Positions 45,969 to 56,319 of a stretch of DNA of 64,000 bases are shown piece by piece (positions within the stretch are counted from its first letter, which is position 1; every line of letters starts with the position of its first letter). The stretch comes from Candidatus Deferrimicrobiaceae bacterium (GTDB lineage: Bacteria; Desulfobacterota; Deferrimicrobia; Deferrimicrobiales; Deferrimicrobiaceae). The notes under the pieces are model-generated. The model worked only from the letters and a program-made list of their open reading frames with translations. It ran no database searches and was not told where the DNA came from. A program made the translations under genes and the position numbers. The stretch covers positions 832,001 through 896,000 of the forward strand of contig CAWBVY010000006.1 in assembly GCA_963792415.1 (NCBI GenBank). Reading direction: 5' to 3'.

Positions 45969-47156
45969 ATGAAGATCCGAACGATCGACCAACTGAACCT
46001 GTCGGGCAAGAGAACCCTCATCCGCGTCGACTTCAACGTTCCGATGGACAAGGCCGGAAACGTTACGGACGACACGCGGCTCCAGGCGGCGCTTCCCACG
46101 ATCCGGCTGGCGATCGAGCGGGGGGCGAAGACGATCCTGCTCTCCCACCTCGGGCGCCCGAAGGGGAAACGGCTGCCGGAGATGAGCCTGGCTCCGGTCG
46201 CGCCGTGCCTGTCCCGGCTGCTCGGGAGGCCGGTGGCGTTCGCGCAGGATTGCGTCGGCGAGCCGGCTTCTATGGCCGTGGAGGCGATGAAGCCGGGGGA
46301 CGTCCTGCTCCTCGAGAACGTGCGCTATGAGGCGGGGGAGGAGAAGAACGACGAGGAACTGGGCAGACGGCTCGCCGCCCTCTGCGACGTATACGTCAAC
46401 GACGCGTTCGCCACGGCGCATCGGGGACACTCCTCCAACGTGGCCATCGTCAAGTTCGTCAAGGAGCACGCGGCCGGTCTCCTGATGAAGAACGAGATCG
46501 CCTATTTCGAGAAGGCGCTCGTCTCCCCCGCCCGCCCGCTGGCGGCGATCTTCGGCGGGGCGAAGATCTCCGGAAAGATCGAGGCGATCAACAACGTCCT
46601 CGACAAGGTGGACAAGATCCTGATCGGGGGGGCGATGGCGAACACCTTCCTCGCCGCGCAAGGGTACGGGATCGGGAAATCGCTCTACGAGGCCGAGATG
46701 GTCGACACGGCGAAGCGGGTTCTCGCCGGGGCGGCGGAGCGGAAGGTCCGGCTCTATCTTCCGGTCGACGTGGTCGTGGCCGAGCGGCTCGAGGCAGGCG
46801 TGCCGACCCGGACCGTGGCGGCGCGGGAGATCCCCGACGGGATGATGGCGCTCGACATCGGGCCCGCGACGGGCGCCCTCTTCCGCGAGGCGCTTCGCGA
46901 TGCGAAGACGATCGTGTGGAACGGCCCGATGGGGGCCTTCGAAACCGCGCCGTTCGGGGCCGGGACGCAGGCGGTGATGCGGGCGCTGGCCGAGAGCAAC
47001 GCGCTGACGATCGTGGGCGGCGGGGACACCGACACCGCCCTTCACAAGGCGGGGCTCTTCTCCCGGATGTCGTACGTCTCCACGGGCGGCGGCGCCTTCC
47101 TCGAGCTGCTCGAGGGGAAGCACCTCCCGGGGATCGCCGCGCTGGAAGCGGGGTAA
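45969..47156 (+). CDS. pgk: Phosphoglycerate kinase
   Basis: RVDFNVP, SHLGRP, LLENVR, WNGPMG and STGGGAFLE motifs. Confidence 0.97.
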   Translation: MKIRTIDQLNLSGKRTLIRVDFNVPMDKAGNVTDDTRLQAALPTIRLAIERGAKTILLSHLGRPKGKRLPEMSLAPVAPCLSRLLGRPVAFAQDCVGEPASMAVEAMKPGDVLLLENVRYEAGEEKNDEELGRRLAALCDVYVNDAFATAHRGHSSNVAIVKFVKEHAAGLLMKNEIAYFEKALVSPARPLAAIFGGAKISGKIEAINNVLDKVDKILIGGAMANTFLAAQGYGIGKSLYEAEMVDTAKRVLAGAAERKVRLYLPVDVVVAERLEAGVPTRTVAAREIPDGMMALDIGPATGALFREALRDAKTIVWNGPMGAFETAPFGAGTQAVMRALAESNALTIVGGGDTDTALHKAGLFSRMSYVSTGGGAFLELLEGKHLPGIAALEAG

Positions 47157-47178
47157 GGCGCCGCGCCACGGAGGCAGG

Positions 47179-49227
47179 ATGCGCGAAACCTCCCCCAGGA
47201 GCCGCGTCGAGGAACTGCGCAGGCTCCTCCGTTATCACAACGACCGGTATTACCGGGACGACGCTCCCGAAATCACCGACTCCGAGTACGACGCCCTGTT
47301 CCGCGAGCTCCAGCGGCTCGAGGAGACCCATCCCGAGCTGTCCGACTCCGACTCGCCGACCCGGCGCGTGGGGGCGGAGCCGGTCGCGGCGTTCGGAGCC
47401 GTGGTCCGCGGCGTCCCCATGCTCTCCCTGCAGAACGCATTCTCCGAGGAGGAGCTGCACGAGTTCGACGCCCGTCTCCGGCGGTTCCTCGCCGGTCGCG
47501 GCGTTCCGGCGGACGCCCTGGATCGCTCGGGGTACGTCGCGGAAGCGAAGATCGACGGTCTCGCGGTCGAACTCACCTACGAGAATGGCACGTACACCCG
47601 GGGCGCCACGCGGGGAGACGGTGTCCGGGGGGAGGATGTGACGGCGACACTGCGGACGATCCCCGACGTTCCGCTTTCCTTGCCCCGGGTCGCTGCGGCA
47701 GGCGCCGCACCGCCCCCCGCCCTCCTGACGGCGCGCGGGGAAGTGTACATGGAGAAGGGCGAACTCGCGGCGCTGAACCGGGGCCGGGAACGCGCCGGGG
47801 AGCCGATCTTCGCCAACCCCCGGAACGCGGCGGCGGGATCGGTCCGGCAACTCGACCCCAGGGTGACGGCGAGTCGCCGCCTGAAGCTTTGGGTCTACGG
47901 CGCCGGGAGAATCGAGGAGCCGGGCATCCTCTCGCACTGGGACGAGCTTTCGTGGCTCTCGGGCCTGGGCCTTCCGGTCAACTGGGCCTGCAGCCGGCGG
48001 TGCCGGGACATCGACGAGGCCGCCGCCTTCTACCGGGAAATCGGAGAGACGAAGGAGTCGTTTCCGTACGAGATCGACGGGGTGGTGGTGAAGGTGAACG
48101 ATACCGCGCTCCAGCGGGAACTCGGCGAGATCTCGCGCTCCCCCCGGTGGGCCGTCGCGGCGAAATTCTCCCCGGACCGGGCGGAGACCACCGTGGAGGA
48201 GATCGTCGTCGGCGTCGGACGGACGGGGACGATCACCCCCGTGGCCTTCCTGTCTCCCGTCGTGGTTCGCGGCGTCATCGTGCGGCGCGCCACGCTCCAC
48301 AACCAGGACCTGATCGACGCGAAGGATATCCGGGTGGGCGACCGCGTCCTCGTGCAGCGGGCGGGGGACGTGATCCCGGAGGTGGTGGAGTCCCTGTCCG
48401 CGGGAAACGATGCCCCCGGGCGGGGTCCGAGGTTCCGCATCCCGGACCGGTGTCCGGTGTGCGGCGCCCCCGTGGAGCGGGTCCCCGGCGAGGCGGCTCA
48501 CCGCTGCACCGGGAAGGGGTGCACGGCGAAGCTCAGGGAAGCCCTTCGTCACTTCGCCGCGAAGGATGCGATGGACATCGAGGGGATGGGGGCGAAAACC
48601 GTCTCCGCTCTCGTGGATCAGGGACTGGTGACGGAGCCTGCCGACCTGTACCGTCTCGACCGTGGGGCGCTGGCCGCGATGGAGCGCCTCGGGGAGAAGT
48701 CGGCGGACAACCTGATCCAGGCGATCGACCGGAGCCGGCGCGTCTCCCTTTCCCGCTTCCTGTACGCGCTGGGAATCCCGCACGTGGGCGAGCACCTGGC
48801 CGAGGTCCTGGCCCGCCACTTCGGGACCCTGGAGGCGCTGCGGGAGGCGACGGCCGAGGAACTGACGAAGGTCCGGGAAGTGGGGCCGGAGGTGGCGGGC
48901 AGCCTGCGGAGCTGGTTCGACGCGCCGGAGCGCGCACGGGCCATCGACCGGTTGCTTCGGGAGGTGACCCCCCTCCCCCCGACGAAGCCGGCGGGAAAAG
49001 TGTCGGGGAAGACGTTCCTCTTCACGGGAACCCTCTCGATCCCTCGCGCGCGGGCGGCCGAGTGGATCCGGAAGGAGGGGGGAACCGTCGCGGCGGGGAT
49101 CAGCCGGAAGGTGGATTTCCTGGTAGCGGGAGCGGACGCCGGCGGAAAGAAAACCAAGGCGAAGGAACTGGGGATCCCGATTCTCTCGGAAGAGGAGTTT
49201 CTCGCGATGGTGGGAGGGAAGGGGTAG
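47179..49227 (+). CDS. ligA: NAD-dependent DNA ligase
   Basis: KIDG, ATRGDG, ANPRNAAAGS, Zn finger, HhH and BRCT. Confidence 0.97.
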   Translation: MRETSPRSRVEELRRLLRYHNDRYYRDDAPEITDSEYDALFRELQRLEETHPELSDSDSPTRRVGAEPVAAFGAVVRGVPMLSLQNAFSEEELHEFDARLRRFLAGRGVPADALDRSGYVAEAKIDGLAVELTYENGTYTRGATRGDGVRGEDVTATLRTIPDVPLSLPRVAAAGAAPPPALLTARGEVYMEKGELAALNRGRERAGEPIFANPRNAAAGSVRQLDPRVTASRRLKLWVYGAGRIEEPGILSHWDELSWLSGLGLPVNWACSRRCRDIDEAAAFYREIGETKESFPYEIDGVVVKVNDTALQRELGEISRSPRWAVAAKFSPDRAETTVEEIVVGVGRTGTITPVAFLSPVVVRGVIVRRATLHNQDLIDAKDIRVGDRVLVQRAGDVIPEVVESLSAGNDAPGRGPRFRIPDRCPVCGAPVERVPGEAAHRCTGKGCTAKLREALRHFAAKDAMDIEGMGAKTVSALVDQGLVTEPADLYRLDRGALAAMERLGEKSADNLIQAIDRSRRVSLSRFLYALGIPHVGEHLAEVLARHFGTLEALREATAEELTKVREVGPEVAGSLRSWFDAPERARAIDRLLREVTPLPPTKPAGKVSGKTFLFTGTLSIPRARAAEWIRKEGGTVAAGISRKVDFLVAGADAGGKKTKAKELGIPILSEEEFLAMVGGKG

Positions 49228-49230
49228 CCG

Positions 49231-49512
49231 ATGGACGGGACCGCCGAGGCGCACGTCATCGTCTCGGGCCGCGTGCAGGGGGTCTGGTTCCGCGGAAACA
49301 CGCAGCGCGCCGCCTCCGCGGCTGGCGTCCACGGGTGGGTGCGCAATCTCCCCGACCGCCGCGTGGAGGCGGTCCTTCAGGGAGAGCGCACCGCGGTGGA
49401 GAGCGTGATCGATTTCATGCGGACCGGGCCGCCCGGATCCGCCGTGGTCGATTGCGTCGTCACCTGGCGTCCGCCGGGGGAGCGGTTTCATGGCTTCGAC
49501 ATCCGCTACTGA
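49231..49512 (+). CDS. acyP: Acylphosphatase
   Basis: VSGRVQGVWFR and GWVRN motifs. Confidence 0.93.
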   Translation: MDGTAEAHVIVSGRVQGVWFRGNTQRAASAAGVHGWVRNLPDRRVEAVLQGERTAVESVIDFMRTGPPGSAVVDCVVTWRPPGERFHGFDIRY

Positions 49513-50491
49513 CCGGGTCGCCGCGCACTGGGTCCCGGACGGGGATGCCGCGCGGTGCGGGCTGTGCCCCCACGGCTGCCGGATCGCGGAGGGTAAGACG
49601 GGGACCTGCGGGATCCGCGAGAACCGGGGGGGTACGCTCTTCGCGGCCACGTACGGGAAGGTCGCCACCGTCGCGGTCGATCCCATCGAGAAGAAACCGC
49701 TGTTCCACTTCCACCCCGGCGCACGCATCCTCTCCATCGGTTCCGTCGGGTGCAACTTCCGGTGCGAGTTCTGCCAGAACTGGAACCTCGTGCTGCGCCA
49801 GGTCCCGGTCGAGCCGGTGCGGACCGAAGAGTTGCTTCGAGCGGCGCGCCGGGAGAATTCGGTGGGGATCGCCTACACCTACAACGAGCCGTTCATCCAG
49901 TTCGAGTTCGTCCTCGAATGCGCCAAGGCGTTCCGGGCGGCGGGAATGAAGAACGTGCTGGTCACCAACGGGTACGTGAACCCCGCGCCGCTCGCCGAAC
50001 TTCTCCCCTTCGTGGACGCGATGAACATCGACCTGAAGTCGATGGACCCGGCCTTCTACCGGAAGATCTGCGGAGGGGATCTTGACCCGGTCCTCGCGAC
50101 GATCCGTACGGCGGCGAAGGCGACCCACGTCGAGGTCACCACGCTTCTCTACACCGGGCACAACGATGCGGACGATCAGGTCCGGAAGGTGGTCGACTTC
50201 ATCGCGGAGACGGACCGGGAGATCCCGCTCCACATCTCGCGCTACTTTCCGATGCACCGCGCCACCGCCCCTCCGACGCCGCCGGACCGGCTCGCTTCGG
50301 CGTGCCGCATCGCCCGGGAACGGCTCCCGTACGTCTACGTCGGGAACGTGCACCTGCCGGGAGCGGGGGACACCGTTTGCCCGGGGTGCGGTGCGGCCGT
50401 CATCCGCCGGGAGGGGTACCGAGTCGACGCGCGCGGCCTGTCCGGGGACCGGTGCGCCGTCTGCGGCGCACGCCTTCGATTCGTGGTATAA
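49490..50491 (+). CDS. amrS: AmmeMemoRadiSam system radical SAM enzyme
   Basis: CGLCPHGC, DPIEKKPLFHFHPG, GCNFRCEFCQN, YTYNEP and YVYVGN motifs. Confidence 0.9.
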   Translation: MASTSATDRVAAHWVPDGDAARCGLCPHGCRIAEGKTGTCGIRENRGGTLFAATYGKVATVAVDPIEKKPLFHFHPGARILSIGSVGCNFRCEFCQNWNLVLRQVPVEPVRTEELLRAARRENSVGIAYTYNEPFIQFEFVLECAKAFRAAGMKNVLVTNGYVNPAPLAELLPFVDAMNIDLKSMDPAFYRKICGGDLDPVLATIRTAAKATHVEVTTLLYTGHNDADDQVRKVVDFIAETDREIPLHISRYFPMHRATAPPTPPDRLASACRIARERLPYVYVGNVHLPGAGDTVCPGCGAAVIRREGYRVDARGLSGDRCAVCGARLRFVV

Positions 50492-50499
50492 ACCAACGG

Positions 50500-50775
50500 A
50501 TGGAACGTTCGCGCCCGCACCCCCAGCGTGGGATCTTCGCCGGTTCGAGGGCGGGGAGGTTTCTCTCCGCTCTCCTTCTCGCCCTCTGCCTGCTCTTCCC
50601 CCTCCCATCCTCCGCCGCCACGGACTTCAGCAAGGCAGGAACATACGAGGACCGCGCGACTGCCGAGAAGATGAGCCGATCGCGTTACCGGAACCTCGAG
50701 GTGGCCTCCCTTGTCGTCATCCTCGTAGCCGGAGGGGCGGCCATCCTCTGGGCGGTCCGCAGGAGAAAACCTTGA
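50500..50775 (+). CDS. Small exported protein with C-terminal TM and basic tail
   Basis: 91 aa: signal-like LLLALCLLFPLPSSAA, short polar linker, VASLVVILVAGGAAILWAV-RRRKP; fills the gap between amrS and the regulator. Confidence 0.6.
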   Translation: MERSRPHPQRGIFAGSRAGRFLSALLLALCLLFPLPSSAATDFSKAGTYEDRATAEKMSRSRYRNLEVASLVVILVAGGAAILWAVRRRKP

Positions 50776-51983
50776 CCTATCCCCTGAAGCGGGTCCTGGT
50801 CGTCGACGACGAGCCGATGATCGTCTCCCTCCTCTCCACGATCCTCCGGGAGAAGGGATGGGACGTCACCGAGGCGCAGTCCGGAACGGATGGGATCGAC
50901 CAGCTCGACCGGGCCAGTTTCGACGTCATACTCACCGACCTCGTCATGCCGGGGGAGAGCGGCATCGACCTGCTGCGGGCCGCGAAGGAGATCCACCCCG
51001 ACGTCGAGGTGATCCTCATGACGGGGTACGCCAACGCGGACACCGCCATCGAGGCGATGCGCAACGGCGCCTTCCACTACATCATGAAACCGCTGAAGAC
51101 CGATGATGTGACGAGCCTCGTCGAAAAGGCGTACTCCCATCGGCAGCTGCAGCGGGAGAACCAGTTCCTGAAATCGGAAATCCGGGCCGCCCACCATGTC
51201 CAGTCCGTCGTCGGTGACAGCGAGCCCATCCTGCGACTGATCGCCACCCTCCAGGGAATCGCTGACGTTGGCGGCCCGGTGCTGCTCGCCGGGGAGCGCG
51301 GCACCGGGCGCGGCTTCTTCGCCCGCATCGTGCACTTCAACAGCCGGCGGTCCGCGGAGCTGTGCGTCCCGGTCCACTGCGAGGGAGCTCCGGAAGAGAC
51401 GCTCCTCGCGGAGCTGTTCGGGGCACCGTCCGCCACCGAAGACAAGACGTCCGTCCCCCATTCCGGAAAGATGGAGCTCGCGAACCACGGCACGCTCTAC
51501 CTCGCCGATTTCGCCGAGGCGGGCCGGGAGGTCCTGGAGCGGATCCACCGGCTCATCGCAGACCGGACGACGGTTCCGGACGGTGGAACAAACCAGGGCA
51601 CGCTCGACGTCCGGCTCATCGTTTCCAGCGCGGTCCCCGTGGAGGAACTGGCGCGGGGGGGAAACGTTCCTCCGACATTGCTCAAGGCGCTGGAGCCGAG
51701 GATCGTGCGCATCCCCCCGCTGCGGGAACACCTCGAGGACGTGCCGCTGCTGCTGCACCATTTCCTGCAGGAGGCGAACCGGGAGCGGAAGAAATCCCTC
51801 CGTGGATTCACCTCCTCCGCACTCGCCGCTCTCGAAACGTACGACTGGCCGGGGAACGTCCGGGAGTTGCGCGATCTCGTCCGCGCGATCGCGGGAAAGA
51901 AGAAGCAGGGAACGATGATCGACGCAACGGACATCCCGCCCGAGATCCTGTACCGGAATCTCCGTCGGCATCCGTCGCAGTAA
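50772..51983 (+). CDS. Response regulator with degenerate sigma54-activator AAA+ domain, no HTH
   Basis: Intact receiver (VDDE, TDLVMP, MTG, KP); bEBP-like ELFG, GTLYL and WPGNVREL; TTG start overlaps the upstream stop. Confidence 0.85.
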   Translation: MTYPLKRVLVVDDEPMIVSLLSTILREKGWDVTEAQSGTDGIDQLDRASFDVILTDLVMPGESGIDLLRAAKEIHPDVEVILMTGYANADTAIEAMRNGAFHYIMKPLKTDDVTSLVEKAYSHRQLQRENQFLKSEIRAAHHVQSVVGDSEPILRLIATLQGIADVGGPVLLAGERGTGRGFFARIVHFNSRRSAELCVPVHCEGAPEETLLAELFGAPSATEDKTSVPHSGKMELANHGTLYLADFAEAGREVLERIHRLIADRTTVPDGGTNQGTLDVRLIVSSAVPVEELARGGNVPPTLLKALEPRIVRIPPLREHLEDVPLLLHHFLQEANRERKKSLRGFTSSALAALETYDWPGNVRELRDLVRAIAGKKKQGTMIDATDIPPEILYRNLRRHPSQ

Positions 51984-52011
51984 CGGATTTTTCCCGACAA
52001 GGGGGCATCCC

Positions 52012-53043
52012 ATGAAAGCCGCATTCTTCCGTGAACACGGGGGGCCGGACCGCGTAGAGTTCGGTGACCTTCCGGAGCCGGCCGCCGGGGCCGGGCAAGT
52101 CCGCGTGCGGGTCAGGGCGGCCGCGCTCAACCACCTCGACATCTTCGTCCGAAACGGCATCCCCGGCATCCCGGTGACGCTCCCCCACGTGATGGGATCG
52201 GACGGGGCCGGCGTCGTCGAATCGACCGGCGCCGGGGTCACCCGGGTGAAGCCCGGCGACGAGGTCGTTCTGAACCCCGGGATCAACTGCGGGGAGTGCG
52301 AGTTCTGCCTTTCCGGGGAGCACTCCCTTTGCGTCACCTTCCACCTCCTCGGGGAGCACATCGCGGGGACGTTCGCGGACATCGTGGTCGTCCCCGCCGT
52401 GAACGCCTACCCGAAGCCGCCGGGACTTTCCTGGGAGGAGTCGGCCGCGTTCCCGCTCACTTTCCTCACCGCGTGGCGGATGCTCGTCTCCAAGGCGCGG
52501 GTGAAACCCGGCGAGTCGCTCCTGATCGTCGGCATCGGCGGAGGCGTCGCGGTGGCCGCGCTGCAGATCGCGAAGCTCCTGGGCCTCACCGTGTTCGTCA
52601 CCTCGGGGAGCCCGGAGAAGCTCGATCGGGCGAAGGCGCTCGGCGCCAATGCCGGGATCGACCACGGCAAGACGGACTTCTCCAGGGAGATTCGAAAGCT
52701 CACGGGGAAGCGCGGGGTCGACGTCGTCCTCGATTCGGTGGGAAAAGCCACATGGAAGCAGTCGATAGCGGCCGCGGCCCGGGGGGGACGTCTCCTCACC
52801 TGCGGCGCCACCACCGGCGCCGATCCGCAGACGGACCTCGGGCGCATCTTCTGGAACCAGCTGACCGTGTACGGCTCCACCATGGGGACGCACGCGGAGT
52901 TCGCCGGGATGCTGAAGCTTTTCAGCGACGGGAAGGTGAAACCGGTCGTCGACGCGGTCTTCTCCTTGCGGGAGGCCGGGGAGGCCCTCCGGCGCCTCGA
53001 GGAGAAGCGCCAGTTCGGGAAGATCGTCCTGCGGGTCGATTGA
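52012..53043 (+). CDS. Zinc-binding MDR alcohol dehydrogenase / quinone oxidoreductase
   Basis: AALNHLD, GSDGAG, CGECEFC..C, GIGGGVA and QFGKIVL motifs. Confidence 0.9.
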   Translation: MKAAFFREHGGPDRVEFGDLPEPAAGAGQVRVRVRAAALNHLDIFVRNGIPGIPVTLPHVMGSDGAGVVESTGAGVTRVKPGDEVVLNPGINCGECEFCLSGEHSLCVTFHLLGEHIAGTFADIVVVPAVNAYPKPPGLSWEESAAFPLTFLTAWRMLVSKARVKPGESLLIVGIGGGVAVAALQIAKLLGLTVFVTSGSPEKLDRAKALGANAGIDHGKTDFSREIRKLTGKRGVDVVLDSVGKATWKQSIAAAARGGRLLTCGATTGADPQTDLGRIFWNQLTVYGSTMGTHAEFAGMLKLFSDGKVKPVVDAVFSLREAGEALRRLEEKRQFGKIVLRVD

Positions 53044-53105
53044 CGGTGCCGGAGCCGTTTGATACGTTACGGGACAGGAAGGAATTTCATAAAGGAGGCA
53101 GCCCG

Positions 53106-53396
53106 ATGATTACCTTCGAGTACCGGTTCGACATCCTCCCCGGCAAGGCCGATGTGTACGAGAAATACGTAAAGGGGCAGGGAAAGAACATCTGGTTGAA
53201 GTACAGGGGCGTGAAGGCCGTGCGGAAGTACAAGAGCATGCTGGGAGGTTCCTCCCCCCAGCGCGTCGTCCAGGTGGATCTCGACGCGCTGGCCACGCTC
53301 GAGAAGATCCTCTCCGACCCGGGATTCAAGAAGGCGAAGGAGAGGTTCCACGGGATGGTGACGAACGTGAGCGACTCGCTGCTCGTCTCGGTCTGA
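53106..53396 (+). CDS. Small hypothetical protein (possible dimeric alpha-beta barrel)
   Basis: AAGGAGG RBS and ATG at 53106; 96 aa with alternating beta/alpha pattern. Confidence 0.6.
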   Translation: MITFEYRFDILPGKADVYEKYVKGQGKNIWLKYRGVKAVRKYKSMLGGSSPQRVVQVDLDALATLEKILSDPGFKKAKERFHGMVTNVSDSLLVSV

Positions 53397-53402
53397 TTCC
53401 GC

Positions 53403-53429
53403 GAAAGGGCGGCCAGCGGCCGCCCTTTC
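53403..53429. terminator. Likely bidirectional terminator hairpin between convergent genes
   Basis: 12-bp stem GAAAGGGCGGCC-agc-GGCCGCCCTTTC. Confidence 0.6.
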
Positions 53430-54257
53430 TCATTTCCTCTGCCGCAGGATCTCCTCGTAGACTTCCTTCCGCGACAACCCGGTCCGCTCGGCGATCTCCT
53501 TCGCGAGGTCCCGGGACGACCCCGAAGAGTCCTCGACCGCGGCCCGGACGATCTCTTCCACCGATAGTTCCACCGTCTTCGGCGCGCCGCCCACAACCAC
53601 GGTGACCTCGCCGAGGACGCTCGACCGGCCGGCGATCTCCGCCGACAACTCCGGCAGCGTCCCTCGAACAATCTCCTCGTGCACCTTCGTCAGCTCCCGC
53701 ACGACGCAGGCCCGTCGCTCGCCCAGCTCTGCCGAGGCGTCCGCGAGGAACGAGGCGAGGCGGTGCGGGGACTCGTAGAAGATCATCGTCCGCGTCTCGC
53801 GGGAAAGGGCCGCGAGCGCCTTGCGGCGGCGCCCCGCACGGTTCGGGAGAAAGCCCTCGAAGGTGAAGTGGTCGGTGGGCAGGCCGGAGACCACCAGGGC
53901 GGCCACCAGGGCCGAGGGACCGGGGATCACCTCCACGGGAATCCCCTGGGAGACGGCGTCCCGGACCAGGTCGTATCCCGGGTCCGAGATGGCGGGAGTG
54001 CCGGCGTCGGAGACGAGCGCCACGCTCTCCCCTTCGCGGAGGCGCCGCAGGATCCCGGCCCCCGCCCGCGCCTTGTTGTATTCGTGGAAGACGACCATCG
54101 GCGTCCGGATCTCGTAGCGGTTCAGCAGCTTCACCGTGCGGCGCGTGTCCTCGCAGGCGATCACCGGCGCCTCCTTGAGGATCCGGACGGCCCGGAAGGT
54201 GATGTCTTCCAGGTTCCCGAGCGGCGTCGCAACGACGTACAGCGTCCCGTGGCTCAT
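53430..54257 (-). CDS. rsmI: 16S rRNA (cytidine1402-2'-O)-methyltransferase
   Basis: TLYVVATPLGNLEDIT, CEDTR, SDAGTPAISDPG, YESPHR and RELTKVHEE motifs. Confidence 0.96.
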   Translation of the reverse strand: MSHGTLYVVATPLGNLEDITFRAVRILKEAPVIACEDTRRTVKLLNRYEIRTPMVVFHEYNKARAGAGILRRLREGESVALVSDAGTPAISDPGYDLVRDAVSQGIPVEVIPGPSALVAALVVSGLPTDHFTFEGFLPNRAGRRRKALAALSRETRTMIFYESPHRLASFLADASAELGERRACVVRELTKVHEEIVRGTLPELSAEIAGRSSVLGEVTVVVGGAPKTVELSVEEIVRAAVEDSSGSSRDLAKEIAERTGLSRKEVYEEILRQRK

Positions 54258-54266
54258 ATCGGTTCC

Positions 54267-55565
54267 CTACAGCTTCCGGTTGTCGATCACCCGCTTCGCC
54301 TTCCCCTCGGACCGCCCGAGGGTCTTCTTTTCGACGAGCTTTACGTCCACGGAGATCCCCAGTTCGTGCGCCAGCCGTTTCCGGATCGTATCGACCATCT
54401 CCCTCTGGCGCCGCATCTGGTCGAAGAAGATCGACTCCGCCGCCTCCACCCGCACCGTCACCTCGTCCATCGCGCCTTTCCGATCGATGACGATCTGGTA
54501 GTGCGGCTCCGTCCCCTCGATCTCGAACAGGACGCGCTCGATCTGCGACGGAAAGACGTTGACTCCCTTGATGATCAACATGTCGTCGGTGCGGCCGGTC
54601 ACGCGGCTCATCCGGCGGCCCGTCCGGCCGCACGGGCACGGGCCCGGCATCAGGCAGGTCAGGTCGCGCGTCCGGTACCGGATCATCGGGAACGCTTCCT
54701 TGGTAAGCGCGGTGATCACCAGTTCGCCTGTTTCCCCGGGCGCCACCGGACGCAGATTCCCGGGATCGATCACCTCGACGAGGAAGTGGTCCTCGTTGAT
54801 GTGGAGCCCCTGCCGTTCCTGGCACTCCCCCGAGACCCCGGGCCCGATGACCTCGGAGAGCCCGTAATTGTCGGTGGCCACGATCCCGAGCCTGCCTTCG
54901 ATTTCCTGGCGCATCGCATCGGACCACGGCTCCGCGCCGAACAGCCCGTAGCGCAGCGACAGGGCGGAGACCGGGATCCCGATCTCCTGCATGGTTTCCG
55001 CGACCTGCAGCGCATAGGAAGGCGTGGAAACCAGCGCGGTCGTCTTGAAGTCTTTCATGATCTGGATCTGGCGCTCGGTGTTCCCGCTGGAGGCGGGGAT
55101 GACCGAGGCGCCGATCCGCTCCGCCCCGTAATGGAGCCCGAAAGCCCCGGTGAACAGGCCGTACCCGAAGGCGATCTGGACGACGTCCTCCTTGGTGACG
55201 CCCCCCGCCGTGAGGATCCGCGCGACCAGGTTGCTCCACGTCCGGATGTCGTTGCGCGTGTACCCGACCACGGTGGCCGCGCCGGTCGTGCCGGAGGAGG
55301 CATGGATGCGCACCACCTCCCGCAACGGAACGGCGAAAAGCCCGTACGGGTAGTTGTCCCGAAGATCCGCCTTCGTCGTGAAGGGAAGGCGGGCCAGGTC
55401 CGCGAGGGACCCGACGTCCTCGGGGGTGATCCCCATGGCGTCGAACTTCTTCCGGTAGAACGGGACGTGCGCGTAAACGCGGTTGAGCGTCGACTGCAGC
55501 CGCTCGAGCTGGAGCTGCTCGAGCTCCTCCCGATCCATGCACTCCTTGTCACGTTCCCAGTACAT
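54267..55565 (-). CDS. paaK: Phenylacetate--CoA ligase family protein (copy 1)
   Basis: [26 protein letters not shown] and [16 protein letters not shown] motifs. Confidence 0.9.
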   Translation of the reverse strand: MYWERDKECMDREELEQLQLERLQSTLNRVYAHVPFYRKKFDAMGITPEDVGSLADLARLPFTTKADLRDNYPYGLFAVPLREVVRIHASSGTTGAATVVGYTRNDIRTWSNLVARILTAGGVTKEDVVQIAFGYGLFTGAFGLHYGAERIGASVIPASSGNTERQIQIMKDFKTTALVSTPSYALQVAETMQEIGIPVSALSLRYGLFGAEPWSDAMRQEIEGRLGIVATDNYGLSEVIGPGVSGECQERQGLHINEDHFLVEVIDPGNLRPVAPGETGELVITALTKEAFPMIRYRTRDLTCLMPGPCPCGRTGRRMSRVTGRTDDMLIIKGVNVFPSQIERVLFEIEGTEPHYQIVIDRKGAMDEVTVRVEAAESIFFDQMRRQREMVDTIRKRLAHELGISVDVKLVEKKTLGRSEGKAKRVIDNRKL

Positions 55566-55581
55566 TCCGCCCTCCGATCCG

Positions 55582-56319
55582 TTACATCGTCCCTTCCGCG
55601 TCCAGATCCCGGCCAAGGTAGGCCCGCTGCACCTCGCGGTTCGAGAGGAGGTCTTCCGCCGTCCCCTGCATGATAATCCTTCCGGTTTCAAGAACATACC
55701 CGCGGTCCGCGATGCCGAGCGCGGCCTTCGCGTTCTGTTCGACGAGCAGGACCGTGCTCCCCTCCTCCCGGAGTCTCGTGACGATCGAGAATATATCCTT
55801 GATGACCAGCGGCGCGAGCCCCATCGAGGGCTCGTCCATCATGATCAGCCTGGGGCGGGCCATGAGCGCCCTCGCGATGGCGAGCATCTGCTGCTCGCCT
55901 CCCGAGAGCGTTCCGGCGAGCTGGCGCTCGCGCTCCCTGAGGCGGGGGAAGAGCCCGTAGACGCGTTCGAGGTCGTCCCGGACCTGGTCGCCGTGCCGTT
56001 TCCGGTATTGCGGGTAGGCGCCCAGGAGGATGTTCTCCTTCACCGTCATGGGAGCGAAGAGCTGGCGTCCCTCGGGGACGAGCGAGCAGCCGAGGAAGAC
56101 GATCCTTTCCGGGGGCATCGTCCCGATCTCCTTCGTGTCGAAGAGGATCTCGCCGGATCGCGCGGGGATCAGTCCCGAGACCGTCCTCAGGAGGGTCGTC
56201 TTCCCGGCGCCGTTCGCCCCGATGATCGTTACGATCTCCCCGGCCCCGATGTGCATCGTGACCTTCTTGAGCACCTTCCGCCTGCCGTACCCGGACTCGA
56301 GGTTCTTGATCCTCAGCAC
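55582..56319 (-). CDS. Branched-chain amino acid-type ABC ATPase (LivF-like)
   Basis: [17 protein letters not shown] and DEPSMGLAP motifs. Confidence 0.92.
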   Translation of the reverse strand: MLRIKNLESGYGRRKVLKKVTMHIGAGEIVTIIGANGAGKTTLLRTVSGLIPARSGEILFDTKEIGTMPPERIVFLGCSLVPEGRQLFAPMTVKENILLGAYPQYRKRHGDQVRDDLERVYGLFPRLRERERQLAGTLSGGEQQMLAIARALMARPRLIMMDEPSMGLAPLVIKDIFSIVTRLREEGSTVLLVEQNAKAALGIADRGYVLETGRIIMQGTAEDLLSNREVQRAYLGRDLDAEGTM

